64,000 nt of DNA from Bacteroidales bacterium (GCA_022360575.1 JAKSCO010000351.1:2949-66948), one strand, 5' to 3'. Numbered from the stretch's first letter, positions 8,983-19,120 are shown. Notes: generated from the letters alone by a model not told the origin. Numbers and translations: made by a program.

Positions 8983-10035
8983 TTATTTATTAATCAGTAC
9001 TTCAAGTCCGTCATTTAATTTTTCTTGACCAGCCACAACAATAAAATCCCCTTCCTTAATATTTTCAGAAAATATCTCCACCTTGTCATCAAATCGATCT
9101 AAGATTTTTACATTAACCTTTCGAGCTTTATTGTTTTCATCTATAATATAAACATACCGACTATTGGTCCCATTCACTCTCAAAATTGTAATAGCAGGAA
9201 CAACAATAGCCTCTACTTCTTCGATATTAAGACATACACGAGAAAACATCCCGGGACGCAAAAGCTTTCTATCATTATTTATTAATAACTCAACATTAAA
9301 TGTTCGAGAATCATTATCTATAATAGGTGAAATTTTGTTTATATACCCTTCAAATGTTTTTTCCTTATAAATGTCCAACTTAACCTGAGCTTTGATCCCC
9401 TTTTTCATCTTTGGGAAATATCTTTCAGGAATATTAATAATTGCTTTTAAAGGATTTATTTGCATAATAGTAACTATCGCAGCTTTCCCCACCGAAGTAT
9501 TAGGCATTCCTGTATACAACTCTCCTCCCTCATAATATTTTGCAGTAACAACTCCATTTATAGGCGAAGTTAATTGGGTATTTTCTCTTCTAAAATTAAC
9601 ATTTGCTTTAGCTTGTTCATACTTATTTTTAACCATCTCATATTTCTGTTCTGGAATACTATTTAGATGATATAGAGTATCCAAACGTTTATAATTTGAT
9701 TCTGCGTTTTCTAATTGCAATTGTGCTGTTTCTAGTTGAATATCATCCATCATTGCAATTAAATCCCCTTTTCTAATTTCTGTTCCAACATCAACAAAAA
9801 TTTCTTTTATATGCCCTGGAGATGCAGGAGCATAAAAAACTTCTTCGAAAGCTTTTAGATTAGCCGTATAGTTTGACTTTCTGTTGATCTTCTCTTTTTC
9901 TAGTTGAATAACTTTTACAAGAGTTTTCTTCTTTGTATCAACAACTTCATTGATATTTTTTGCTTCACTCTCAGAACAAGAATTAGCAATAAACATCAAT
10001 GAAACAAATCCTAAAATAATTTTAATTCTTTTCAT
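8983..10035 (-). CDS. RND efflux periplasmic adaptor (membrane fusion protein)
   Basis: 350 aa. Lipoprotein-like signal (FIANSCSE) with a biotinyl-lipoyl/hairpin/beta-barrel layout typical of the HlyD/AcrA family. Only 6 nt before the permease gene. Confidence 0.9.
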   Translation of the reverse strand: MKRIKIILGFVSLMFIANSCSESEAKNINEVVDTKKKTLVKVIQLEKEKINRKSNYTANLKAFEEVFYAPASPGHIKEIFVDVGTEIRKGDLIAMMDDIQLETAQLQLENAESNYKRLDTLYHLNSIPEQKYEMVKNKYEQAKANVNFRRENTQLTSPINGVVTAKYYEGGELYTGMPNTSVGKAAIVTIMQINPLKAIINIPERYFPKMKKGIKAQVKLDIYKEKTFEGYINKISPIIDNDSRTFNVELLINNDRKLLRPGMFSRVCLNIEEVEAIVVPAITILRVNGTNSRYVYIIDENNKARKVNVKILDRFDDKVEIFSENIKEGDFIVVAGQEKLNDGLEVLINK

Positions 10036-10069
10036 ATAACCTTGAATTTATAATTAGTCTCTAAAATTT

Positions 10070-11443
10070 TTATAAGCCTGAATTCAATACATCAAGCTTT
10101 AATTTTGCCTGTAGTAATTCAAGCACCGAGGTTGTGTAAGAGCTTTCTGCTTTTAAATAATTGCCATGAGCCTGAGTTAGATCTAAACTAGATAAAATCC
10201 CTTGCTTATATTTATTTTCAAAGCTTTTGTATACATTCTTAGCTACTTCAACATTCGCTTTTTGCGTTTTGTAATTCTCAAACGCTGTATTAAGATTAAA
10301 TTTCAGATTGTGCTCTTGTAAATAAAGCTGATCTTTTACCATCGACTTATTGCGTTCAGCAATGTTTAATTCTATTCTTCTCTGATTTAACTTAGATTGT
10401 CTATCTCCACTAGAAAAAAGAGGGATTGATAAATTTAACCCAGCAACATGATTCGGTGTCATGTCAAGTCCTGTTGATTTTATTTTTTCAGTATAACTAT
10501 AAAAACCAACAAGCACAGGCGAATACGCCCATTTCTGAATATCTACCTTTTTCTTTGTTATATCTACATGTCTACTTATTATTCGGTAATCAACATTCTG
10601 ATCAACATCAAATTCTTTTAATAAAGACATTCCGAAATCATTATCTCTTAGAATATCATCTAAGTTTTGTGTTAAGACAATCTCGTTATTAGGGTCTAAA
10701 CCTAATTGAAATTTCAACATATCATAAGCCATAATAATGTTACGCTCCATTGAACTTTCTGCATTTCTTAACTGAGATAAATTTATACTAAGCTGTTCTA
10801 CATCTGTCTTTTCTGCTAAACCAGCACTATACATATTAGATGTATGTTCGTATATACTTGTAATATTAATTATGTTATCCTTAATTATTTTTAATGAATG
10901 CTCCGTTATTAATATTAAATAATAGGTATTACTTACACTTTCTTTTATTTCTAACTCTGTTTTTATCAATTCTTTTTTCGATAAATCTTTTGCTAATTCA
11001 GCTATCTCTAAACTAACCCAATATTGACCACTAAAAATCAATTGTTCTAGTTGAACTTTTGCATTCGATTGATTTTCCATAACAACAGGCTCTCCTGTAG
11101 AAGAAAACATACCTTCAATCATTTTCAATATCTCCAAATCTCCAGCATCAATCACGGATGGATTTAATGAAGGCTTTTTTCTATCAGACCCAAAATCAAA
11201 TTTAAGTTCGTAATCAAAATAAGAAGTAAAGTCTAAAACCCCTTTGATTTGGGGCAGTCCCTTTGCGCATGTTTCTTTTTTCATCAACTCTGATAAATAA
11301 ATATTATCACGAGCATTTTTTATTTTTTTATTGTACTCCATTGCATAATTGCAAGCATCTTGCAATGAGAGTTCTTTCTTTTCTCCTTGGGCTAGGATAT
11401 TTTTTGAAAGAAAGAATAGAAACAAAAAAGTCATTTTTTTCAT
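10070..11443 (-). CDS. TolC-family outer membrane efflux protein
   Basis: 457 aa. Signal peptide and two internally repeated coiled-coil/beta modules. First gene of the efflux operon. Confidence 0.88.
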   Translation of the reverse strand: MKKMTFLFLFFLSKNILAQGEKKELSLQDACNYAMEYNKKIKNARDNIYLSELMKKETCAKGLPQIKGVLDFTSYFDYELKFDFGSDRKKPSLNPSVIDAGDLEILKMIEGMFSSTGEPVVMENQSNAKVQLEQLIFSGQYWVSLEIAELAKDLSKKELIKTELEIKESVSNTYYLILITEHSLKIIKDNIINITSIYEHTSNMYSAGLAEKTDVEQLSINLSQLRNAESSMERNIIMAYDMLKFQLGLDPNNEIVLTQNLDDILRDNDFGMSLLKEFDVDQNVDYRIISRHVDITKKKVDIQKWAYSPVLVGFYSYTEKIKSTGLDMTPNHVAGLNLSIPLFSSGDRQSKLNQRRIELNIAERNKSMVKDQLYLQEHNLKFNLNTAFENYKTQKANVEVAKNVYKSFENKYKQGILSSLDLTQAHGNYLKAESSYTTSVLELLQAKLKLDVLNSGL

Positions 11444-11495
11444 AATCCATTTAATTTTAAAATTATTAGTCTAGAGGTTCGGAAAAGTTTGTTTT

Positions 11496-11513
11496 GTTCG
11501 ACAAAAAACGAAC
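11496..11513. promoter_or_regulatory. candidate operator upstream of the TolC-MFP-RND operon
   Basis: GTTCG-ACAAAAAA-CGAAC inverted repeat, 53 nt upstream of the TolC start. It shares the CGAACTA half-site with the 12025-12048 palindrome. Confidence 0.4.
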
Positions 11514-11529
11514 TATGTGTTTAAAAAAA

Positions 11530-11997
11530 TTATATTTCTTTATTTAACTTATCGTCCAATTCTTCAAGTTTAGGAATATAAGAATCAAGTTTAGGCAATA
11601 ACTCACTAAAATATGATCCGACTCTCGAATCTTTATTTTGTTTTAATTCATAAGCCTCTTCTGTCAATTTTTTATACCTCTTAATCAAACTAATAAAATC
11701 TTTTCTGCCTTGTTCAATACTTGTAATCTTTGTCCTAAAATATTTTTTTCTATCGCCCGAATGTGTTATATACTCAATCTCATTACTAAAGAGCAAGGTT
11801 TTTATCGCTACACTTGCAGTACTTTTACTTATGTTCAACTCTTCAACAATTTCATCAAAAGTGTAAGTTTCTTTATCCATAACCAATAACAACCCGGCAA
11901 TTCTCCCTGCTACTGGCTGCAAACCTGTTTTTTCAAACAGGATACCATACTGTTCAATTAATTCTTTCTGCTTATGTATTATTTCTGATTTATTCAT
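11530..11997 (-). CDS. GbsR/MarR-family winged-helix transcriptional regulator
   Basis: The track ORF is 159 aa from a TTG. I prefer the ATG at 11997 (MNKSEIIHKQ). The segments GLQPVAGRIAGLLLV...FDEIVEELNISKSTASVAIKTL...GDRKKYF are typical of the GbsR subfamily. Confidence 0.8.
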   Translation of the reverse strand: MNKSEIIHKQKELIEQYGILFEKTGLQPVAGRIAGLLLVMDKETYTFDEIVEELNISKSTASVAIKTLLFSNEIEYITHSGDRKKYFRTKITSIEQGRKDFISLIKRYKKLTEEAYELKQNKDSRVGSYFSELLPKLDSYIPKLEELDDKLNKEI

Positions 11998-12006
11998 ATT
12001 CCTGCA

Positions 12007-12014
12007 CAAATATA
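12007..12014 (-). promoter_or_regulatory. Bacteroidota -7 promoter box (TATATTTG) for the GbsR/MarR gene
   Basis: The minus strand reads TATATTTG, matching the TAnnTTTG consensus, 10 nt upstream of the ATG at 11997. Confidence 0.4.
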
Positions 12015-12024
12015 TAAAAAATTT

Positions 12025-12048
12025 TTAGTTCGAATAATTTCGAACTAA
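12025..12048. promoter_or_regulatory. perfect 10-bp-arm palindrome, candidate autoregulatory operator
   Basis: TTAGTTCGAA-TAAT-TTCGAACTAA, immediately upstream of the -7 box of the GbsR/MarR gene. Confidence 0.5.
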
Positions 12049-12282
12049 AAAAACTACTATTAAAACAAAAAAATTATAATCCCGCTGTGTACGCCTCTTT
12101 CGTGTGTTTTCTTCTTTTTTCATAATAAGTCGATTTTGTGTCAATTTATTTTAGGACAAGACAGTCGGGGTATTCTGAATCTTCATACCCAAATATACAT
12201 AACAATTTAGTCTTATGTATATGAGTTAATTTTAATATTGTCATAAACCCCTTGCAACAGTCTTTTGCTTATTACCAAAAAA

Positions 12283-12308
12283 AGTGTGCACCCAAATGAG
12301 TGCACACT
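12283..12308 (-). terminator. intrinsic terminator after 12348-12956
   Basis: AGTGTGCAC / GTGCACACT 9-bp GC-rich stem with an 8-nt loop. It is followed by seven T on the minus strand (complement of 12276-12282). Confidence 0.8.
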
Positions 12309-12347
12309 ACCACCTTAAAACTGCTTTGAAAAGAATAGCCTTTCGGC

Positions 12348-12956
12348 TTAGAAAAACATATTGACCCCGAAGGCCAATGAGTATATTATACTCTCGCGAT
12401 CTTCTCGCGCTATAATGTTATAAAAACTATAATCAGCTAAAGTATTTAATTCTGAATATAATTCTATTGCAGAAAAACGATACTCTTCTCTTAATTTGAA
12501 TCGTGCCTTTAAACCTAAGTTTAAACAAGCATAGAAACAGTTTGGACCATAATATTTCTTTGGATATTTTTCTGGTAAACGTATAAATGAATTTTGTCCA
12601 GGCTCGAAGCTAACAGAAAACCCTAGAACTGGACTTAATGTAACAATTCTACTAACATTCAGATTATATACATTAAATGTATTTTTTACCGTAAAAGTAT
12701 GAATCGTAGCATCACCATTATTCTCTGGAACATAACCATACATAATATCAGTTTCTGCAATATCTCTCCACCAATTAAAACCAACTCCTACTGACATAAA
12801 CCCAATATTCCCTGCATATTGTAATTTAACCAAATCAGGTTTATACCATACCCCTTTATCTATAATCTTTTCGCCTTCATTAAATCCTCTCCCGCTTGCA
12901 CCTAAGCAAATCAACAATAACATAAAGGATATTACTATATTATTTATAATTTTCAT
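12348..12956 (-). CDS. hypothetical small outer-membrane beta-barrel-like protein
   Basis: 202 aa. Signal peptide, alternating hydrophobic/aromatic strands and a C-terminal ..GVNMFF with a terminal Phe, which is typical of OMP barrels. No named family recognised. Confidence 0.55.
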   Translation of the reverse strand: MKIINNIVISFMLLLICLGASGRGFNEGEKIIDKGVWYKPDLVKLQYAGNIGFMSVGVGFNWWRDIAETDIMYGYVPENNGDATIHTFTVKNTFNVYNLNVSRIVTLSPVLGFSVSFEPGQNSFIRLPEKYPKKYYGPNCFYACLNLGLKARFKLREEYRFSAIELYSELNTLADYSFYNIIAREDRESIIYSLAFGVNMFF

Positions 12957-12961
12957 AATTT

Positions 12962-13786
12962 CTAATACTTCACAATTTCTACCTTATTCTCCTTTTGCTT
13001 ATCGACATTACTGACAGTAATAACTACAAACTCTCGATCTAATATTGCTTCTGTTGCTAAATAGTCAATTCCATCCTTATAATACTTATCATATTTATAC
13101 CTGTGAATGTGTCCATGGATAGATAGATCAACATCAAACCTATTCATCAATTCTGTATACTTAGCTTCACTTTTGCTATTAAACTGATCGCCATAAGGAG
13201 GAATATGACAGATAACAAAAACATTATCATCATTGGATGTATTTTTAAGTTGCTTTTCTAGCCAATCAAAATCAGGGTTTTTATTACTTTCCCAAAATAC
13301 ATCATCCCAAATTATAAACATATCACCACAATATCTGAAACTATAATTAGGATCACCATACATTTCTCTATATATAGCGCCTCCATTAGATCTATAGTCA
13401 TGATTTCCTATCGCTGTTAAATATGGTTTCTTAAGCTTCTTCATTCTCTCATGAAACAATTCATATTCTTTCATATATCCATGATCAGCAATATCTCCAT
13501 TAGCTATCACAAAATCAATATCATCTCTCGAATTTATACTTTTAATAGCTTCATCTAGCTCATGATAACAATAATGCGAATCGCTTAATACTGCAAACTT
13601 GTACTCTCCTTTTTTGCTTACACTTAACTCTGTAACTCGCTTTAAGTTGTTTGCTCCTATCTTTTTATAGTCTTCTTTAACATTTGCTGCATAAGGACTA
13701 AACTCGAACATTTCCTCACACCCACTAATAAAAATAAAAATCAAGAGTCCCCCCAATAAAATTTTCATTACTTTATTCATCATCAA
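12962..13786 (-). CDS. calcineurin-like metallophosphoesterase, lipoprotein
   Basis: 274 aa. Lipobox (FISGCEE). Motifs LSDSHY, GDIADHG, GNHDY, CHIPP and HGHIH match the D-x-H / GD / GNHD / H / GH signature of the family. Confidence 0.85.
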   Translation of the reverse strand: MMMNKVMKILLGGLLIFIFISGCEEMFEFSPYAANVKEDYKKIGANNLKRVTELSVSKKGEYKFAVLSDSHYCYHELDEAIKSINSRDDIDFVIANGDIADHGYMKEYELFHERMKKLKKPYLTAIGNHDYRSNGGAIYREMYGDPNYSFRYCGDMFIIWDDVFWESNKNPDFDWLEKQLKNTSNDDNVFVICHIPPYGDQFNSKSEAKYTELMNRFDVDLSIHGHIHRYKYDKYYKDGIDYLATEAILDREFVVITVSNVDKQKENKVEIVKY

Positions 13787-13835
13787 AAATTTTGTATTTA
13801 TTAAATACTATTCTAATTAAAACCTCTCTATAATT

Positions 13836-13850
13836 CCGACCGTTCGGTCT
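13836..13850. promoter_or_regulatory. candidate TetR operator (CCGACCGTTCGGTCT) upstream of the metallophosphoesterase gene
   Basis: Contains the perfect palindrome GACCG-TT-CGGTC. 12 of 15 positions are shared with 14484-14498. Confidence 0.4.
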
Positions 13851-13868
13851 GTATTGCATCAAATTTTT

Positions 13869-14480
13869 TTAAATTTTTACCATATCATATAATTGCTCGA
13901 AAGATTTATCCAGATTCTTACTCATTTCTTTTGCATCCCCAGATAAAAAGGAACTCATAGCAATTCCATCTTGCAACCATTGAAAATGTTTTGCTAAAAT
14001 TTCTAAATCCATATCTTTTTTCAACTCTCCTTTCTGAACACCAATCTGTATTATCTTTTCCCAAAAAATCAATTTATTGTTGTTTGATTTCTTTATTTTA
14101 TCATAAAATTCTGGAGCATAATTAGCAATGTCAATCATTAACCGGTAATACCCCATTCCGACAGCTTTCTCGCCGATATAAGAATTAATCATCTTCGACA
14201 TTTTCTTTACATTATCAATATAAATCTGCATATAATCATAAAAAGAAACTTCGGGATTTATTATCATTTCTTTATTAAAAGGAGAAACTGAAAAAAATAA
14301 ATTATCGAGAGTTTCAATGAATAACTGTCCTTTATTCTCAAAATAATGATAAAAAGCTCCCTTTGATAAGCCTGTAGCTTTAACAAGCATACTCATAGTT
14401 ACTTCTTTATATCCCTTTTCCATGAATAATTTAAAAGATGTTAAGATTATATGTTCTTTCGTTGAATTCATATCTATCAA
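13869..14480 (-). CDS. TetR/AcrR family transcriptional regulator
   Basis: 203 aa. N-terminal HTH (GYKEVTMSMLVKATGLSKGAFYHYFENKGQLF). Confidence 0.85.
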   Translation of the reverse strand: MIDMNSTKEHIILTSFKLFMEKGYKEVTMSMLVKATGLSKGAFYHYFENKGQLFIETLDNLFFSVSPFNKEMIINPEVSFYDYMQIYIDNVKKMSKMINSYIGEKAVGMGYYRLMIDIANYAPEFYDKIKKSNNNKLIFWEKIIQIGVQKGELKKDMDLEILAKHFQWLQDGIAMSSFLSGDAKEMSKNLDKSFEQLYDMVKI

Positions 14481-14483
14481 AAA

Positions 14484-14498
14484 CCGACCATTTGGTTT
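14484..14498. promoter_or_regulatory. candidate TetR operator (CCGACCATTTGGTTT) in the divergent TetR / S46 peptidase promoter region
   Basis: Related to 13836-13850. It lies 4 nt upstream of the TetR start codon, in the spacer shared with the S46 gene. Confidence 0.35.
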
Positions 14499-14687
14499 GC
14501 AAATATAAAATCAAAATATATAAAGAAAAAATTTTTTCCTGTTTTTTTTATTTTCCCCGAATATTATTTCAAATTATCGCACTAATTTCATAAGAATATT
14601 TAGAATTATCCTTTTTTTCGGTTTCTCAAACTAAATTCTAATCTTTGTACGTTAGTTAATTAAATTTTAATATAAAATTATATTCTT

Positions 14688-16844
14688 GTGAAAAAACATA
14701 GTATTTTATTATTGATGATTGCTATTTTTCTGAAACCAGCAATTGCAGATGAAGGAATGTGGCTTCCTTTTTTATTGAATCAAACTAATATGGATGATAT
14801 GCATCAAATGGGTTTGAAATTGACAAAAAAAGATATTTATGATATAAATAACTCTAGCTTAAAAGATGCTATAGTAATATTTGGTGGAGGTTGTACAGGA
14901 GAAATAATTTCAGACAAAGGACTTTTGCTAACCAATATGCACTGTGGATACAAACAAATACAATCACATTCAACACTAGATCACGATTATCTAAAAAATG
15001 GTTTTGCTGCACAAAAACTAGAAGATGAGTTACCCAATATAGGACTAAGTGTAAAATTTCTAATTCGAGTTAATGACGTATCTGAAGAAATAAATACTAA
15101 ACTGGGCGGTATTACAAATGAATCTGAACGAAAGAAAATAATTAATACATTATCTGAAGAACTCATAAAAAGCTCAACAAAAGGAACTAATTACGAAGCT
15201 GTTTTCAAACCTTATTATGGAGGAAATCAATTTTATATACTAATCTATGAAAAATATGAAGATGTTCGCTTAGTTGCTAATCCTCCTGTTTCAATAGGAG
15301 ATTTTGGAAGCCTTACAGATAATTGGATGTGGCCTCGTCATAAAGCAGATTTTTCCATTTTCAGAGTGTATACATCTCCTGACGGAAAACCTGCAAAATA
15401 TTCACCAAAAAATATTCCATTAAAACCTAAGCATTATCTTCCAGTCTCTATAAAAGGAGTAAAATCTGGAGACTTTGCCATGATTATGGGAAATCCTGGA
15501 TCAACAACTCGATACATGACATCTTTTGGGATAAAGGAACTTATGGAAGTTCAAAACCCTAACCGAATAAAAATTAGAGGAGCAAAACTCGAGATAATGA
15601 ACAAAACCATGTCTATCAGTCCTGCTCATAGAATAATGTATGCTGCAAAATACAAAGGAGCAAGTAACTATTGGAAATATTCTGTAGCTCAGATGGCAGG
15701 ATTCAAAAGAGACAAAGTAATTGAGAAACAATTAGACCTTGAAAAACAATTTATCAATTGGATATCAAAGAATGATCTAAGACTTAAAGACTATGGAGAA
15801 ACTCTTAATCTAATTAAAGAAGCCTACCAAAAACGTCGAGAAACAATCCATGCTAGTCAATATATTAGTGAATCTCTGATACGTGGAGCCGAAACAATTA
15901 ATTTTGCTAGAAATACTTTTGAATTACAAAAAGAATTATCGAAAAATTTCTTTAAGAGAAAAAAGAAAAGAATACAACACCTAACTAAAGAATTAGCAAA
16001 GTACGGAGAAAAGTATTATCGAGATTACGATAAAAATACCGACATGAAAATTGCAATCGCTTTATTTAAAATGTTTAACGAAGACATCAACAAACAATAT
16101 CATCCTGAATATTTGAAAAAATCATTGATTTTACTCAACGGAGACGTTAGTAGTTTTGTAAAAGCTTTGTATGCGAATAGCATCTTCTGTAACAAAGAAA
16201 AATTTGAAGATTTTATAGCAAAACCTTCAAAGAAAATACTTTCCGAAGATCCTATATTCGATTTAGCAATATCTATTTCTAAGAAATATTATGAACTGTA
16301 TCGTAAATCGAAAAAATATGATGAACAACTTGCCAAAGGACAACGTCTATTCATAAAAGGGCTAATGGAAATGCAACCTGAACGCAACTTCTATCCTGAT
16401 GCTAATTTTACTATGCGTCTAACTTATGGACAAGTCGGCGGATATAAACCCAAGGATGGGATACTTTACAAACACTATACAACATTGAAGGGTGTTATGG
16501 AAAAAGAAGATCCTAACAATTATGAATTTATTGTTCCTGAGAAATTAAAATCATTATACAACACAAAAGATTATGGGAAATATTCATATGATAACCAGAT
16601 GCATGTTTGTTTTACAACAAATAATGACATTACTGGAGGAAACTCTGGAAGTCCTGTAATGAATGGCAAAGGAGAGCTTATTGGATTAGCTTTTGATAGC
16701 AACTGGGAAGGAATGACTGGTGATATTAAATTTGAAACCAACATGCAAAAAACAGTTTGCACGGACATTAAATATATTTTATGGTTACTCGAAAAATTTA
16801 TGGGTGCCGAACGAATTGTTAATGAATTAAGTATAATTGAGTGA
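14688..16844 (+). CDS. S46 family dipeptidyl-peptidase (DPP7/DPP11 family; DPP11-like specificity residue)
   Basis: 718 aa from a GTG start. The mature N-terminus DEGMWLP is a hallmark of S46. Catalytic-type motifs are TNMHCG (His), HKADFSIFRV (Asp) and TGGNSGSPV (Ser). Confidence 0.95.
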   Translation: MKKHSILLLMIAIFLKPAIADEGMWLPFLLNQTNMDDMHQMGLKLTKKDIYDINNSSLKDAIVIFGGGCTGEIISDKGLLLTNMHCGYKQIQSHSTLDHDYLKNGFAAQKLEDELPNIGLSVKFLIRVNDVSEEINTKLGGITNESERKKIINTLSEELIKSSTKGTNYEAVFKPYYGGNQFYILIYEKYEDVRLVANPPVSIGDFGSLTDNWMWPRHKADFSIFRVYTSPDGKPAKYSPKNIPLKPKHYLPVSIKGVKSGDFAMIMGNPGSTTRYMTSFGIKELMEVQNPNRIKIRGAKLEIMNKTMSISPAHRIMYAAKYKGASNYWKYSVAQMAGFKRDKVIEKQLDLEKQFINWISKNDLRLKDYGETLNLIKEAYQKRRETIHASQYISESLIRGAETINFARNTFELQKELSKNFFKRKKKRIQHLTKELAKYGEKYYRDYDKNTDMKIAIALFKMFNEDINKQYHPEYLKKSLILLNGDVSSFVKALYANSIFCNKEKFEDFIAKPSKKILSEDPIFDLAISISKKYYELYRKSKKYDEQLAKGQRLFIKGLMEMQPERNFYPDANFTMRLTYGQVGGYKPKDGILYKHYTTLKGVMEKEDPNNYEFIVPEKLKSLYNTKDYGKYSYDNQMHVCFTTNNDITGGNSGSPVMNGKGELIGLAFDSNWEGMTGDIKFETNMQKTVCTDIKYILWLLEKFMGAERIVNELSIIE

Positions 16845-16863
16845 GAAATAAAATCTAAAAAAA

Positions 16864-16899
16864 CAATAGGCTATCCAAATTAATAAAAGGATAGCCTAT
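16864..16899. terminator. bidirectional terminator between the convergent S46 and glnS genes
   Basis: AATAGGCTATCC / GGATAGCCTATT perfect 12-bp stem with a 12-nt loop. An A-run upstream gives a T-run on the minus strand. Confidence 0.75.
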
Positions 16900-16915
16900 T
16901 ACATATATATTAAGC

Positions 16916-18622
16916 TTACTTATTTTTTTTACTCCACGAATCCTTTAAGGATACAGTTCTATTAAACACTAGATTCTCTTGTTTCGAGTCTCTTCTGTCA
17001 ACACAAAAATATCCTAAGCGTTGAAATTGATATCTTGATTCAGGATTTGCATTTCTTAAACTTGGTTCTAACTTACACCCACTTAGAACCTGTAATGAAT
17101 CTGGATTTATAAATTCTTTAAAATCTTGTTCTTTATGCCCGGCAGGATCTTCATCATTAAACAATCGATCGTATAAACGAACTTCGGCATTAACTGCATG
17201 TTTAGCTGACACCCAATGTAGAGTTCCTTTTACCTTACGCTTACTTGCTTCTGTTCCACTACCGCTTTTCGATTCAGAATCATAAGTACAATGTAGTTCT
17301 ATAATATTGCCTTCAGTATCCTTTATTACTTCTTCGCATTTTATTATATAAGCTGCTTTTAAACGAACCTCCTTTTCTGGAGCTAAACGGAAGAACTTTT
17401 TAGGAGCATCTTCCATAAAATCATCCTGTTCGATATATATCTCACGAGCAAAAGGCATTTCGCGAGTACCCATTGATTCATCTTCTGGGTTATTTTCAAT
17501 CGAAACAAATTCTTCTTTACCCTCAGGATAATTTGTTATTACAATTTTTAATGGATTTAAAACTGCCATAACTCTTGGTGCAGTTTTATTTAAATCATCG
17601 CGTAAACTATGTTCTAATAAAGCAACATCAATAACGTTATCGCGTTTAGCAACACCTATTCTTTCAGCAAATTTACGTATCGAAGCCGGAGTATATCCTC
17701 TTCGCCGTAATCCTGAAATTGTAGGCATTCTTGGATCATCCCAGCCTGAGACTAAATTTTCTTCAACTAATTCCAATAGTTTCCGTTTGCTCATAATAGT
17801 ATAACTTAAATTTAATCGAGCAAACTCAATCTGTCGAGGTCTTATAGTACCGTCTGTATATAAATGATTTAACAACCAATCATATAATGGTCTATGAATT
17901 TCAAACTCTAAGGTACAAACTGAGTGAGTAATACTTTCGATATAATCAGATTGCCCATGAGCAAAATCATACATTGGATAAATACACCATTTATCTCCTG
18001 TACGGTGATGTTCTTTATGTAAAATTCGATATATGATAGGATCACGCATATGCATATTAGGAGATGTCATATCAATTTTCGCACGTAATACTTTTTCTCC
18101 GTTTTTAAACTCTCCATTTTTCATTCGAATAAAAAGATTCATATTTTCTTCAATCGAACGATTACGATAAGGACTTTCAACTCCTGGCTGTGTTGGTGTT
18201 CCTTTTTGTGAGCTTATTTCTTCTGGCGATTGATCATCAACATAAGCATATCCCGTATTAATCAATTTTACAGCCCACTCAAAAAGTTGATCAAAATAAT
18301 CAGATGTAAACCTAGGTTCTCCTTCCCATTGAAATCCTAACCAATTAACATCTTCTTTTATTGACTCAACATATTCAACATCTTCTTTTTCCGGATTTGT
18401 ATCATCAAATCGAAGGTTTGTCTTTCCATTATAACTTTGGGCTAAACCGAAATTTAAACAGATAGATTTTGCATGACCAATGTGTAAATACCCATTAGGT
18501 TCGGGAGGGAAACGAGTATATACTTCTCCATTGTTCTTATTATTTTTTAGATCTTCTTCAATTATACTCTCGATAAAATTTAAAGATTTCTTCAGTTCTG
18601 TTTCTTTATTCTCGGTATTCAT
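16916..18622 (-). CDS. glnS: glutamine--tRNA ligase
   Basis: 568 aa. HIGH motif ([12 protein letters not shown]), KMSKS-type motif (IMSKRKL) and GlnRS-type C-terminal anticodon-binding beta-barrels. Confidence 0.96.
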   Translation of the reverse strand: MNTENKETELKKSLNFIESIIEEDLKNNKNNGEVYTRFPPEPNGYLHIGHAKSICLNFGLAQSYNGKTNLRFDDTNPEKEDVEYVESIKEDVNWLGFQWEGEPRFTSDYFDQLFEWAVKLINTGYAYVDDQSPEEISSQKGTPTQPGVESPYRNRSIEENMNLFIRMKNGEFKNGEKVLRAKIDMTSPNMHMRDPIIYRILHKEHHRTGDKWCIYPMYDFAHGQSDYIESITHSVCTLEFEIHRPLYDWLLNHLYTDGTIRPRQIEFARLNLSYTIMSKRKLLELVEENLVSGWDDPRMPTISGLRRRGYTPASIRKFAERIGVAKRDNVIDVALLEHSLRDDLNKTAPRVMAVLNPLKIVITNYPEGKEEFVSIENNPEDESMGTREMPFAREIYIEQDDFMEDAPKKFFRLAPEKEVRLKAAYIIKCEEVIKDTEGNIIELHCTYDSESKSGSGTEASKRKVKGTLHWVSAKHAVNAEVRLYDRLFNDEDPAGHKEQDFKEFINPDSLQVLSGCKLEPSLRNANPESRYQFQRLGYFCVDRRDSKQENLVFNRTVSLKDSWSKKNK

Positions 18623-18769
18623 TAAGATTTTATATTAATAGTTACAGTGCTTTATTTTTAGAATCTTACAAAATTAAATGTTTTTATTCAATGCACATAA
18701 AATGTCGTTAAAAATATGTAAAAGCAATTTTATACTATTAACTTTGACCCAAAATAAATTTATAGAAAA

Positions 18770-19120
18770 ATGGGTTTAATCAAGATCGAAAATATGGAGT
18801 TTTATGCTTATCATGGGCATTTTAAAGAGGAACAAATTGTGGGGAATCGTTTTTTAGTTGACCTAACTATAGAAACAGACATGCAAGTTCCAGCAAAATC
18901 TGATGATTTAAATGATGCACTAAATTATCAGGTAGCATATAATTTAGTAAAAGAAGAGATGCAAGAAAAATCTCATTTATTAGAGCACATTGCAGGAAGA
19001 ATTCTTGATTCATTATATAATAATTTTAATACAATAAAATTAGCAACAGTAAAAGTTTCGAAAATGAACCCACCAATGGGAGGCAAAATGGAAAGAGTAA
19101 GTGTAACTCTTAGTCGATAA
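18770..19120 (+). CDS. folB: dihydroneopterin aldolase
   Basis: 116 aa. The N-terminus IKIENMEFYAYHGHFKEEQIVGNRFLVDL and the motif LNYQVAY are typical of FolB. Confidence 0.9.
   Translation: MGLIKIENMEFYAYHGHFKEEQIVGNRFLVDLTIETDMQVPAKSDDLNDALNYQVAYNLVKEEMQEKSHLLEHIAGRILDSLYNNFNTIKLATVKVSKMNPPMGGKMERVSVTLSR

Noticed and set aside
12060-12130. 18-aa minus-strand micro-ORF (MKKEENTRKRRTQRDYNFFVLI) upstream of the GbsR/MarR gene as a leader peptide
   Set aside because: It is too short and unsupported by any conserved pattern. Its resemblance to the TTTCTTCTT stretches of the repeat family suggests non-coding origin.
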